Shown in pieces: positions 46,307 through 55,722 of a DNA stretch of 64,000 nt (within the stretch, counting starts at the first letter, position 1; every line of letters starts with the position of its first letter). The position numbers and the translations under genes were made by a program. The notes under the pieces were generated by a model. It was not told where the DNA came from. It worked only from the letters and a program-made list of their open reading frames with translations, and made no database searches. The stretch comes from Pseudomonadota bacterium (GTDB lineage Bacteria; Bdellovibrionota_B; Oligoflexia; Oligoflexales; CAIYRB01): positions 34,077-98,076 of the forward strand of contig JANOTL010000146.1 in the NCBI GenBank assembly GCA_031416315.1. The letters are read 5' to 3'.

Positions 46307-47437
46307 TTAGCGAGAGATCATCGGCGTTTGGGCCTTGGTCACGGGCCAATGGCGCAGAGTCTCGTCGGCCGAAAGGCTGACCACCGTTCCGTCGTCGGCC
46401 GCTGCCAACGACAGCACGGGACCTTTGTGGCCGGCATGCAGCGCCGCCATGTTGCCCGAGGCGAGATCGAAGGCGAGCACGTCGTAGCTTTCCTTCGTCG
46501 CGTCGGCCTCGATCAGACGGCTCGTGCCCCCGACGACGACCTGCAAGCCTCCGGCCGCAAAGGCGATCGGGCCGATCTCGAGGCGGGCGACCGCGATCTT
46601 CGCCGTCTCCGTGCCAGTCACGAGGTCGAAGACGTGCACCACGTCGTCGCCGGCGCCGATCGCGAGCCGGACGCCGTCCGGATGCGTCGCCAGAGAGCGC
46701 ACTGCGCCGGCAGCGGCGCGAAAGCGGCTCAATTCAACATTTTTCGCCGCGTCCCAGACGACGAGCATGCCTTCCTCGTCGCCGCTCACCAGCCGCCCGT
46801 CCCTTAGGAATGCCAGCGCCGTTACGGCCTGCGCATGACCTTTCAAGGTCGCGCTGACCAAGCCCGTGTCCGGAGTGATCAACCGGACGACGCGATCGTC
46901 GCAACCGACCGCAAGCGTTGCGCCATCCGCGGAAAAAGCGAGCGCCCGCGCGACCAGGTTTTTCGGCAATCCAATCGCGACGCGCCGCTCGGCCTGCTTT
47001 TCCAAGTCCCAGAACCGAAGCGTCGAATCGCGCCCGAACGAGGCCGCCACTTTCGCGTCGCCGGCCATCGCGACCGCGACGATCGCCTGAGTGTGGCCCG
47101 CGAGGCGCGCCAGGGACAGCCCGCCGGTCGTGTCCCAGATGCGCACGATGTGGTCTTCGCCGCCCGTGACCATGCGATTTTTCTGCAGAACCATCGCTGC
47201 CGCCGACATCACGTCGGCGTGCCCGATCACTTTCAGAATGCGCTCGGCGTCCGGCGTCGCCGCGGCCGGCATGACCGCGACCGGCGCGAGCGGCGGCCCC
47301 ACGACTGCGGGCGGCGGTGCGGGCGCGGAAGCATGCTCGGCGCGCACCGGTGGCTCGTTGTCGCCAGTGACGCACGCGGGAGCGATCCAAGCGGCCGCGA
47401 TCAGCGCGGTCCATGATGAGGATTTCTGGTACGGCAT
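46307..47437 (-). CDS. WD40-repeat (beta-propeller) putative lipoprotein
   Basis: GH...V.A.A...D..VRIWD repeats; start moved to MPYQKSSSW...IAPAC. Confidence 0.85.
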   Translation of the reverse strand: MPYQKSSSWTALIAAAWIAPACVTGDNEPPVRAEHASAPAPPPAVVGPPLAPVAVMPAAATPDAERILKVIGHADVMSAAAMVLQKNRMVTGGEDHIVRIWDTTGGLSLARLAGHTQAIVAVAMAGDAKVAASFGRDSTLRFWDLEKQAERRVAIGLPKNLVARALAFSADGATLAVGCDDRVVRLITPDTGLVSATLKGHAQAVTALAFLRDGRLVSGDEEGMLVVWDAAKNVELSRFRAAAGAVRSLATHPDGVRLAIGAGDDVVHVFDLVTGTETAKIAVARLEIGPIAFAAGGLQVVVGGTSRLIEADATKESYDVLAFDLASGNMAALHAGHKGPVLSLAAADDGTVVSLSADETLRHWPVTKAQTPMISR

Positions 47438-47545
47438 CCGGCGATGATAGCAGCTTTGCAGTACCGGTGAAGCGGCGGAAATCCCCTTGTCTCTCGGGGG
47501 TTTTGCCGCGTAGAGTAAGTGCCGCACAAGCTGGCGGAGCGCAAC

Positions 47546-48292
47546 GTGGGTTTCCTCGACAAGATTCTGGGCGGCGGCAAGAAGAAGCCGGATGAGAAAC
47601 GAGTCGCCAAGGCACTCACCGTCATCAAAAACTCGAAGGCCATTCGTGAGGACCGCGTCTCGGCCATCGAGTATTTCAAAGACATGGACGAGGTCACCAT
47701 CGCGGTCCCCGCCCTCCTCCAGCGCTTCGAGTACAGCCTCGAGCACGGGATCAACGACACTCGCGAGAAGGAATCCGCCTTCGAGGGCATCACGCGCTGG
47801 GGCGCCGAGGCGCTCCCTCTGGTCCGCGAGCACCTCGTCCTTACGAGCCGCATCGCCTGGCCGATCAAAGTCCTGAAGGCTCTCGGCGAAGAGGTCCAGG
47901 TCGTCGAGATCCTCAAGGCTGCCCTCGACTTCAACGACGTCTCCTTCGACCAGGCCAAGGTCGACAAGAACTACGACATCCTCTGCTACCTCGTGGAGTA
48001 CAAGCTTCCAGGCTTCACCGAGAAGCTCGCGCACTTCCTGAATGATCCCGACGAGCGCGTCCGCTTCGCCTGCGCCGAGCTCATGGTCGAGCAGGACGAC
48101 GTCAACGTCCCTGGCTTCCTCGAGCGTTTCCTCGCCGACGAGAGCGCGGAGAACACCCGCCTCCGCCAGACGGTGCTCCGCTCCTTCTACCAGAAGAAGT
48201 GGGTCATCAAGGACATCGAGCGCTACCCGAATCGCCAAGTGCTCGATGGCCTCTTCGTCGATGCGGAAGGGCGCCTCGAGCTGCGCAAGTGA
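47546..48292 (+). CDS. HEAT-repeat protein
   Basis: GTG start giving MGFLDKILG; FLNDPDERVRFACAE repeat; GC3 codon bias. Confidence 0.75.
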   Translation: MGFLDKILGGGKKKPDEKRVAKALTVIKNSKAIREDRVSAIEYFKDMDEVTIAVPALLQRFEYSLEHGINDTREKESAFEGITRWGAEALPLVREHLVLTSRIAWPIKVLKALGEEVQVVEILKAALDFNDVSFDQAKVDKNYDILCYLVEYKLPGFTEKLAHFLNDPDERVRFACAELMVEQDDVNVPGFLERFLADESAENTRLRQTVLRSFYQKKWVIKDIERYPNRQVLDGLFVDAEGRLELRK

Positions 48293-48681
48293 TCGACCCG
48301 CGGAGCCTTTGCCAGATCGAGATCCCGATCGGCGATGCGACCCGGGCCCGAGCGTTTTACGCCGAGGCCTTCGGCTGGCTTCCGGTGCCGGCCGAGCTGC
48401 ACGAGTACATCGTCCTGTCGGTGCCGCGCGACTGCGGCTTCGGCATCGCGCTCGTACCGAGCGCCAAAGCGCCGGCCGCCCGACACGGTCCCGTGGTCTA
48501 CTTTGCCGTCGACGATCCGGCGGCCGTCGTCGCCAAAGCCGAGGCCGTGGGCGGCAAGCTCCGCTTCGGCCCGAGCAAGATGCTGGGTTACGGCGAGATC
48601 TGGCAGCTCGAGGACCCGGACGGCAACCGTTTCGGCCTTTACCGTCGAGCCTCGATCCCTCCGTCCCGGTCCCACAGCTGA
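48289..48681 (+). CDS. VOC/glyoxalase family protein
   Basis: IEIP..D..RA.AFY...FGW, VVYFAVDD and EDPDGNRFGL; GTGA overlap with the upstream gene. Confidence 0.9.
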   Translation: MIDPRSLCQIEIPIGDATRARAFYAEAFGWLPVPAELHEYIVLSVPRDCGFGIALVPSAKAPAARHGPVVYFAVDDPAAVVAKAEAVGGKLRFGPSKMLGYGEIWQLEDPDGNRFGLYRRASIPPSRSHS

Positions 48682-48713
48682 TTTCCCCGGCAGAATGCTG
48701 CTAGTCTAAAGGG

Positions 48714-49601
48714 ATGATCCCCGCTCTTTTCTTGTTGGCGACTGCGCTCGCCGATCCCGTCGACTATTGGCGAGAGCTCGCCCCGCGTTGCGCCGGCCAT
48801 CCTTCCAAGGACGCCTGCGACGACGGCGACATGACGCTCTTTGGCGGCTTGCTTTGCGCCTCTGGCGAGGCGGAGGGCTGCGACCTCGTCCGCGACGCTC
48901 AAGATTGGAACGGGCGCTGGTGGCGGTCGCCCCGCCGCGTCGGCGGCAACCTCGGCCAGGGAAACAGCTTTTCCCGCGACATGTCGCTCGGCGTCCTGCT
49001 CTACCTCGTGACGACTCGCGACACGGACGCGGCGGAGCGATGGATCGCTTGGATCGAAGCGCACCGGCCCTGCATGGTCGATCGCCCCGGCGGCGGATGC
49101 CTCATCTACGGCGCGCATCGCCTGTGCACGGACGACGCCGACGCGCGTTGCACCATCACGCCGACGATCTGGGCGCTCATGGACCGCGTCTTCGCCGAGC
49201 TCGGCCTGCCGCCTTCGCCGCAAATGCTCTTCTCCCGCGGCAACGACCATCTCGCGATCGTGCAACAGGCGCGCCTTGCCCCCGCGGGCTACGAGATGCA
49301 CCTCGCGGGCGTCGAGGTCTTCCTGCTCGAGAAGCTCACTGACCCGGTGTCGTTCCGAGCCGAAGCAGCGGCGCATCTCGCCGAGCGCGAGCCGGGAAAT
49401 CCCTTCTTCGCCTATCTCGACGGCGGTCGCTCGCCCGAGCTGCAGGAGCGCGTCCTCGAAGTTTGTCCGAGCCGCACGAGCGGCCCTCCCGCAACACGCT
49501 TCCAGTGGGCGTGGGAACGCGCCACGACCGAACGCGCCTGGGAGCACAGCATGGGCTGGGACTGCGTGTTCGCTGCCCGCGTCGTCGGGCTAGCGGATTG
49601 A
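48714..49601 (+). CDS. Secreted Cys/Trp-rich hypothetical protein
   Basis: Signal ending ALA; several Cys pairs; CDDGDMTLFGGLLC and SFSRDM segments look like a folded conserved core. Confidence 0.65.
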   Translation: MIPALFLLATALADPVDYWRELAPRCAGHPSKDACDDGDMTLFGGLLCASGEAEGCDLVRDAQDWNGRWWRSPRRVGGNLGQGNSFSRDMSLGVLLYLVTTRDTDAAERWIAWIEAHRPCMVDRPGGGCLIYGAHRLCTDDADARCTITPTIWALMDRVFAELGLPPSPQMLFSRGNDHLAIVQQARLAPAGYEMHLAGVEVFLLEKLTDPVSFRAEAAAHLAEREPGNPFFAYLDGGRSPELQERVLEVCPSRTSGPPATRFQWAWERATTERAWEHSMGWDCVFAARVVGLAD

Positions 49602-50507
49602 CTGGCCCCGCTCGTCGAGCGGGTAGCGCGACGTGAGGACTGGCGTCGCCCCGTCTTCGCTGACCATCAGGCGCACCTCGGTGAAATGCCCGGCATCGGC
49701 CTCGACACCCGTGTGCGGCACCGCGAAGCTCAGCTCCTTCGAGGTCAGGACCTTCGCGCGATAGCTGACGCCCATGGCGCCGTTGGCGCGGTCTTCGGGG
49801 CGATTCACGTCGATGCCCGGAGCGGAGGTGACGATGAAACGTTGCCCGCTCCGCGAGTCGTAGGTCGCGATGCCCCAAACACGGCCCTTCACCTCGGCGC
49901 CCTGGACCTTGTTCTTCAGCTTGAAGCGCACGCGGAGCTTGCCCTTCTCGTAGCGGAACGTCTGCTCCTCTAGGCCGAAGCGCTCGGAGGTAAGAGTGGG
50001 CGCGGGCTCTGCGACCGTCGCCTCGACGGCAGCCGGCTCGGGCGCGGTCACCGTCATCTCCTGCATCGCCACCTTGACGGTGTCGGGCTCCGACTTATCG
50101 GCCTCGGGCTCGGGGGCGTCGGGTTTCGCGACTCCGGCTGACTCGGCTTCGGATTTCGGCTCTTCCTGTTGAACCACTTGCGGCGGCTCTGATTTCTCGA
50201 CGTTTTTCGCTTCGGGACAAAGTACCGCCGGCGCGAGCGGCGCCGCGGGGACTTCGTTCAGCGCCGTCGCGTTGAACGCGGGCGGCATCGGCTCGGTGCC
50301 GGCGACGCCTTTGCCGATGAAGTAGGCGCCGCTTGCGGCGCTCCAGATCAGGGCGCCGAGCACGGCGACGATCGCCGCGTTCGCGCGCCGCACCGACACC
50401 GAGAAAGTCCGCAGATTCTGCGGCTCGACGTAGTAGGTGATCGTCAGCCGTGGCACGACGGGGTGCTGCGGCATTTGTTCCGGCATCGGATCGGGACGAA
50501 GGTCCAT
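49590..50507 (-). CDS. Single-pass membrane protein (paralog of 6490-7554)
   Basis: LTITYYVEP..LRTFSV plus TM helix; Pro/Glu-rich linker; C-terminal beta domain; start uncertain. Confidence 0.7.
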   Translation of the reverse strand: MDLRPDPMPEQMPQHPVVPRLTITYYVEPQNLRTFSVSVRRANAAIVAVLGALIWSAASGAYFIGKGVAGTEPMPPAFNATALNEVPAAPLAPAVLCPEAKNVEKSEPPQVVQQEEPKSEAESAGVAKPDAPEPEADKSEPDTVKVAMQEMTVTAPEPAAVEATVAEPAPTLTSERFGLEEQTFRYEKGKLRVRFKLKNKVQGAEVKGRVWGIATYDSRSGQRFIVTSAPGIDVNRPEDRANGAMGVSYRAKVLTSKELSFAVPHTGVEADAGHFTEVRLMVSEDGATPVLTSRYPLDERGQSIR

Positions 50508-50530
50508 GGATCAAGTCTCGTCGATGGACT

Positions 50531-50540
50531 GGGGGGGGGG
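50531..50540. repeat. G10 homopolymer in a divergent intergenic region
   Basis: GGGGGGGGGG, 24 bp upstream of ATG 50507. Confidence 0.9.
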
Positions 50541-50678
50541 AGGGCACGGGAAGGCTGTGATGGGGCTACCTATGACGCTAGCATTCCCGATTTCCTGGTA
50601 CAATCGAGGTAGGAATTGCCGCCCGCCCGCCTCCGACCGCGTTTCCGCGATTTATCCAAGCATCGCTAAGGAGTTCCC

Positions 50679-51128
50679 ATGCTCCGTTCGCTCTTCGACC
50701 GGCGCGAGCAGCGCTTGAAAAAGCTCGCCGCCCTGATCGGCCACACGCCGGACCGCGTGCTCTTGGACCTGGTCGAGCGCTCGGGGGCGTCGGAGCTCTC
50801 CCTTCTCCTACGCTTGGTGCCGATGGCGCGGATGAATCCGCTGATGGAGCGCGTCCCCCTGCAAAAAGCCCGCGACGCTTTCCAGCGTCTGCGCGGCGGC
50901 GTGCGCAGCGACGCCAGCGTCGACGACGAGACCATCGCCCGCGTCGCCTCGCTCCTCACGGAACAGAGCTCGACCTTGAGCAGCGAGAACGCCGCGAGCT
51001 TGCAGTCCATGGCCGAAATCGACGTCTCGCTCGGCAAGGATCCCGTCGGCGACCTGGACCGCCCTGTGTGCGTGCGCGCCCTCGACCTCGCTGGCCGCGT
51101 CCTTGGAGGGGGTAAAGATGGCACGTGA
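50679..51128 (+). CDS. Hypothetical protein
   Basis: AAGGAG RBS; upstream TGGTACAAT extended -10; overlaps the protease start. Confidence 0.6.
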   Translation: MLRSLFDRREQRLKKLAALIGHTPDRVLLDLVERSGASELSLLLRLVPMARMNPLMERVPLQKARDAFQRLRGGVRSDASVDDETIARVASLLTEQSSTLSSENAASLQSMAEIDVSLGKDPVGDLDRPVCVRALDLAGRVLGGGKDGT

Positions 51129-51957
51129 GACGGTCTGGCTTGCCCTCGCTCTTGTTGCATCGCTGGCGGCCTGTAAGAAGGAGCCCGCGCCCGTCTCCGC
51201 CGTCAAGATCACCGGCGGGGAGCTCGCCGACGTAAGCGACTATCCCGCGGTCGTGAAGCTGGAGCTCAATGATTATACCGACGGCAAGCGCGACCAGCTC
51301 GAAGGAGAAAACAACACCAAGACCGACAAGCAGAACAACTGCACCGCGACCTTCATTGGCCCGCGAACGTTGCTCACCGCCGCGCATTGCGTCGAGGTCA
51401 GTCAGCGTCCCCCCGGCTCGGAGCGGCGCTACCGCGTCCTGGGCCAGGACGTGCCGCGCGAGCGCATCCGCATCAGCAAGACGTACGGCGGCCGCAACGG
51501 AGACCTCGACTCCGATCTCGCCATCCTCACGCTCGAGGGCGACGTCGCCCCCGCTACGATGAAAGTCGCCACGGTCGAGCCGAGCATCGGCGCCGACGTC
51601 GAGATGGTCGGCTACGGCTGGAGCGAATCGCCGATCAGAGAGATCAAGCACGACGACGGCACGACGATCTTCGCCCCCGGGCGCGGAGGCACCTTCGGCG
51701 AGCGTCGCAAGGGCACGAACAAACTCTTCAAGCTGGAAGGCGGCAATGCCTACGTCCGCGCCGACGACCGCGTCGCCTCCGGATCGGCCGGCATCGCTAA
51801 GGGCGACAGCGGCGGCCCGCTCTTCGTCCGCGAGGGCGAGGAGCTCGTCATCCTCGGCATTCTGGCGACCAGCAACGGCGTCGACAAGAACACAACCGAG
51901 GCGAAATACACCGCGGTCACGAGCGAGCGGTCGCGGGCCTTCCTGCAAGACCTCTGA
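51118..51957 (+). CDS. Trypsin-like (S1) serine protease lipoprotein
   Basis: LAAC lipobox; K-ITGG activation-like site; catalytic LTAAHC, DSDLAI and GDSGGP. Confidence 0.93.
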   Translation: MARETVWLALALVASLAACKKEPAPVSAVKITGGELADVSDYPAVVKLELNDYTDGKRDQLEGENNTKTDKQNNCTATFIGPRTLLTAAHCVEVSQRPPGSERRYRVLGQDVPRERIRISKTYGGRNGDLDSDLAILTLEGDVAPATMKVATVEPSIGADVEMVGYGWSESPIREIKHDDGTTIFAPGRGGTFGERRKGTNKLFKLEGGNAYVRADDRVASGSAGIAKGDSGGPLFVREGEELVILGILATSNGVDKNTTEAKYTAVTSERSRAFLQDL

Positions 51958-51962
51958 GCCGC

Positions 51963-52850
51963 TCAGTGCTTGGTCAGCTCTTCCAACCGAAAGAGATGCG
52001 CGGTCGCGCAGTAGGTGCAACGCACCTCGATCTTGCCGACCTCTTTCTTGATGCGCTCGAGCTCTGCCAGCCCGAGCGAGGTCAGGGTGTCTCCCATCCT
52101 CTCGCGCGAGCACGTGCATTTGAAGCTCAGATTGCGCGAGGACAAGACGCCGAAGCCGGTCTTCGCGCCCTGTAGATACTCGACCAAGGCATCCGTCGTG
52201 GCCGCCGAGGCGAGGCGATCCGAGAGCGCGAGCTCGCTCCGCGCCATGCGCTTTTCCACGTCGGCAATCGCCTGCTCCGGCAGGATCGCGCCGCCGAGCT
52301 TCTGGAACAAGACGCCGCCGGCGGAGATCACCTCGCCCGCGGGTCCGAGCTTCACGCCGGCGGCGACGGCCGAGGGGATCTGCTCCGATTCCGTCAGAAA
52401 GCGCGCCATGTCGGACGCGATCTCGCCGTTCATGAACTCGCAGACCGTGGAGTAGGGCTGCTGCAAACCAGGCTTGCCGCGGGTCACCGTCAGGACACCG
52501 GTGAAGCCGGTCGCTTCGCCCACCGTTTGCGGCACCGCCTCGCCCGGCTTCAGAGCCTCGACGATCGAGGTCGGCGACGTGTAGCCGCGGCAGTGACCTT
52601 CCCCGTTGCACTCCGCCACGACCCGCTTCAGCACGCCCAAGCCGGCATAGCTGCAGTGCACGTACTCGCCGCCGATCTTCAACGTCGAGGCGAGGAGCGC
52701 CGCGCAGCTGACGGCGCGCCCGAAGGCGATCGTCGTCAGCGGATCAAGCCCGTGCCGCCTTTGCGCCTCGCGCGTGATCTCGGTCGTGACCGCGACGGCG
52801 CAACGCGCGCCGTAGTCGTACATTTGATAATGAGTAAGGACGTCTTGCAT
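51963..52850 (-). CDS. hslO: Hsp33 redox-regulated chaperone
   Basis: GEIASD...FL.ESEQIPSAV..GV; CTCSRER...CTYC zinc motif. Confidence 0.93.
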   Translation of the reverse strand: MQDVLTHYQMYDYGARCAVAVTTEITREAQRRHGLDPLTTIAFGRAVSCAALLASTLKIGGEYVHCSYAGLGVLKRVVAECNGEGHCRGYTSPTSIVEALKPGEAVPQTVGEATGFTGVLTVTRGKPGLQQPYSTVCEFMNGEIASDMARFLTESEQIPSAVAAGVKLGPAGEVISAGGVLFQKLGGAILPEQAIADVEKRMARSELALSDRLASAATTDALVEYLQGAKTGFGVLSSRNLSFKCTCSRERMGDTLTSLGLAELERIKKEVGKIEVRCTYCATAHLFRLEELTKH

Positions 52851-52857
52851 GTGAGCC

Positions 52858-53979
52858 TCAAGCGCCCACGAGCGCCCTCGGTATCTCGGGGTGAAGGCGC
52901 GCAAGGAGCTCGTAGTGAATCGTCTGGGCCCAGCCGGCGAGATCGTGGGCGGAGATCGTCTCCCGCCCGTCGTTGCCGATGAGGGTGACCGCGTCCCCCA
53001 TTGATACTTGGGCCAGGTGGCTGGTGTCCACCATCATCATGTTCATGCAGATGCGGCCGACCAACGCGCAACGCTCGCCGTGGATCAGCACGTAGCTCGG
53101 CTTTTCCCCGGCGATCCGCGGGAAGCCCTCGTAGTAGCCGACGGGAAGGACCGCGATCCGCATCTCGCGCGGCGCACGGAACGTGCAGCCGTAGCCGATG
53201 AATTGGCCCGCGGCGACCGCCTTCACCGAAGTGACCTCGGTGCGCCACGACAGGGCCGGCTTCAGCTCGACTAGCTTCTTGTGCAGCTGCATGTACGAGA
53301 CGCGCGTCACGGGCGACGGCCAAACGCCGTAAAGCGAGATGCCGATCCGCTCCAGGTCGAAGCGCGACTCGTCCATGATGAGGCACGATGCGCTCGAGGC
53401 GGCATGAACGAGCGGCGAGAGCCCTGCCTCGCGGAACGCCTTCACCGCCTTCTGAAAGCCTTTGAGCTGGCCGTCCGCATACACCGTGTCGGTCACGTCC
53501 TCGACGTTGGCGAAATGCGTGCAGATCCCGACGACGCGATCGCGCCGGGGCAAGAGCTTGCGCGCCACCTCCGCCGCTTCTTCCGGCGCGAAGCCCTGGC
53601 GCGACATGCCGGTGTCGAACTTCACGTGGATCGTGCACGGCGAAGGCCGCGCGAGCCACGCGTCGAGCACGTCGTGGTTGCCGATCACCGGCTCCGCCTT
53701 CAGCGCTTCGGCCAAAGGCAGCTCGCGCCCGACGGCCGCGCCAGCTTGAAGGATGCGCCCGGCGTAGCCGAGCTGGCGCAGCTTTTGCGCCTCCTCGAGG
53801 TAGACCACTCCGATCCACGGCGGATTCTCGCTCGCCAGCGCCTTGTAGACGAGCTCGAGCCCATGTCCATAGGCGTTCGACTTGAGCACCGGGATCACGC
53901 GCTCACGGCCCGCGAGCTTCACAAACTGGCGGTAATTGTGCCGTAGGGCGGAGCCATCGACTTCGATCGTGCAGAGCAT
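52858..53979 (-). CDS. alr: Alanine racemase
   Basis: VLKSNAYGHG (PLP lysine), HVKFDTGMSRQG, IGYG and VGRICMNM. Confidence 0.95.
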   Translation of the reverse strand: MLCTIEVDGSALRHNYRQFVKLAGRERVIPVLKSNAYGHGLELVYKALASENPPWIGVVYLEEAQKLRQLGYAGRILQAGAAVGRELPLAEALKAEPVIGNHDVLDAWLARPSPCTIHVKFDTGMSRQGFAPEEAAEVARKLLPRRDRVVGICTHFANVEDVTDTVYADGQLKGFQKAVKAFREAGLSPLVHAASSASCLIMDESRFDLERIGISLYGVWPSPVTRVSYMQLHKKLVELKPALSWRTEVTSVKAVAAGQFIGYGCTFRAPREMRIAVLPVGYYEGFPRIAGEKPSYVLIHGERCALVGRICMNMMMVDTSHLAQVSMGDAVTLIGNDGRETISAHDLAGWAQTIHYELLARLHPEIPRALVGA

Positions 53980-53996
53980 GAGACGGACCCCGGCGT

Positions 53997-55274
53997 TTAG
54001 TGCGCCGGTTGTCCCTTGAGTCGCAGGGGCGCGAGCCCCGCTGTACGGACCCGCTCGGCGACGAACGGCTGGTACAACGATACTTCGGAAGCGCCGGCCC
54101 CGGAAGCGCCGCGACGGACGCACTTGCCCCGGCTCGCCACGACGACGCCGACCGAGAGCTTGCCCCTCGCGTCGCGAGCGTAGATCGCCCCGTCCACTTG
54201 GCCGCAAGGGCGCACGTAGCCGACCTGAATGCCGCCCTCGCCGCCCATCGTGAGCGCCGTCGGCGTCTTCAGCAGGAGCGCCTCGCCCTTCGCGAGCTTC
54301 CGGCCGGTGGCCTTCATCTTCAGTCCGACGCTCTTGCCGAGGCGGAGATCCTGGTCCGCGATGCGGTCCTCGGCGCCTTTGCCCTCGAGATTTTTGCACG
54401 GAAGGTTGTAGTAGTGCGCCACGAGGACGCCGAGCTCGACCTGACGCTTGCCGTCCTTGCCCTTGCCAAGGTCCTTCATGACGATGCCGACCGGCGCCTC
54501 GTTGCAGGCGCGCTTGTAGGTCATCGAGACGCCGCGATCCACGCCGCGCTTGACCGAGCCCTTTTTCACGGTCGCATAGCGCAGCGTGAAGGCGCGGCCC
54601 AAGCTGCCCGGCTTCTCAGGAAGCGCCGAGACCTCGTGCTTCTCGACCGACAGCGCCGTCAGCATGCTGCGCTGCGTCTTCGGCGCGCAGTCGTCGCCGC
54701 GACCCGAACCGGGGCGCGACGGCTTCTCGACGATGCCGATCTCGAGCCGGCCGCCGCCGCCCGGGCGCACGAGCGCGCCGAGGGCGCTGCCGCATTTCGT
54801 CTGATAGATCGCCTCGACCGTCGTCGCCGTGATCCCCGAGCGCCCGGTGCGCACTTTGAGGTCCGTCAGACGCGAGACGACGATGCGTGGATTGAGGCCG
54901 TCGACCGCGAACGGCGCGATGACGTCGAAGCTACGGGTCGCGACGAAGTCGGCGACGATCGTCTTCGGCTCCGTGATCGTCGTGCAGACGATGGCGTCCT
55001 GCAGGACGGCGGCCGCGATCTCGAGGCGTCCCTTGCCGGGGATCAGTTTCTTCTTCGCGCCCTTGGTCGGCTCAGGGGTCACCAAGACGAGGCCGTAGAA
55101 CTCGCTGCCGCAGGGCAGCTCGACCGCCACCTTGAGGGCGTCGCCCACGTAACCCACCAACTCGACAGCCTGAAGCTGGAGACGGGGGGCTGGCGTCGCC
55201 GCCTGTGCCGTCGGGATCGTCGGCAGAAGCACGAGATTCAAGAGAAAGGAACGCGCCAGCGTGGCGAAAGTCAT
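53997..55274 (-). CDS. Secreted basic protein with four Cys-pair repeats
   Basis: Signal ending AQA; four modules 'Y/E...C[GN]....G...G.LE.G.V...C'. Confidence 0.7.
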   Translation of the reverse strand: MTFATLARSFLLNLVLLPTIPTAQAATPAPRLQLQAVELVGYVGDALKVAVELPCGSEFYGLVLVTPEPTKGAKKKLIPGKGRLEIAAAVLQDAIVCTTITEPKTIVADFVATRSFDVIAPFAVDGLNPRIVVSRLTDLKVRTGRSGITATTVEAIYQTKCGSALGALVRPGGGGRLEIGIVEKPSRPGSGRGDDCAPKTQRSMLTALSVEKHEVSALPEKPGSLGRAFTLRYATVKKGSVKRGVDRGVSMTYKRACNEAPVGIVMKDLGKGKDGKRQVELGVLVAHYYNLPCKNLEGKGAEDRIADQDLRLGKSVGLKMKATGRKLAKGEALLLKTPTALTMGGEGGIQVGYVRPCGQVDGAIYARDARGKLSVGVVVASRGKCVRRGASGAGASEVSLYQPFVAERVRTAGLAPLRLKGQPAH

Positions 55275-55330
55275 CGAGACGACTCGCTATTTGGTGGTTC
55301 AGGAGGAGGCAAAAGGCAGAGGGGTACGGG

Positions 55331-55392
55331 CTATTTCTAATGTTTTCTAATGCTGAAGTCAAGGTTTCTAAGAGATTCTAAAGAATTCTATG
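55331..55392. promoter_or_regulatory. AT-rich phased TTCTA repeats overlapping a minus-strand sigma70-like promoter
   Basis: TTCTA at 55335, 55345, 55366, 55376 and 55386; minus strand TTGACT-N17-TAGAAA (55362-55334). Confidence 0.55.
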
Positions 55393-55495
55393 TGAATGCC
55401 CAAAGAATCCGCCGGGTACGCTTCGGATTGCTCTCCCGAAACCCCTTTGGTATGGTCCGCTCCGTCAAACCGAGCACCTAGTCTGGGGATACGCC

Positions 55496-55648
55496 GTGAG
55501 TAAACGCACATACCAACCGCACAAAAAACGCCGCCTGCGCACCCACGGTTTCCGCGCCCGCATGGCGACTCCTGGTGGCCGCAACGTGATCAAGCTGCGC
55601 CGCTCCAAAGGCCGCAAGCGTCTTGCTCCGTCCGCTTACGTCAAGTAA
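55496..55648 (+). CDS. rpmH: 50S ribosomal protein L34
   Basis: Not in the ORF track. Manual translation from [53 protein letters not shown]. Confidence 0.97.
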   Translation: MSKRTYQPHKKRRLRTHGFRARMATPGGRNVIKLRRSKGRKRLAPSAYVK

Positions 55649-55722
55649 CCGGCCCTCTCCCTCAATGCATCGACACCGCGGCTTCTAGCCCGCCACGCAT
55701 TCGCACGTGTGGAGGGTCCGTC

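Noticed and set aside
47472..47509. Imperfect inverted repeat between the divergent WD40 and HEAT genes
   Set aside because: Several mismatches, and its position between divergent starts does not fit a terminator; not enough support.
46307..48238. 643-aa ORF as a single WD40 protein
   Set aside because: The N-terminal ~266 aa are the antisense of the HEAT-repeat gene; the start at 47437 has a signal peptide and a -10 box.
55275..55495. Calling oriC upstream of rpmH
   Set aside because: No dnaA gene and no canonical DnaA-box cluster; kept only as a phased-repeat observation.
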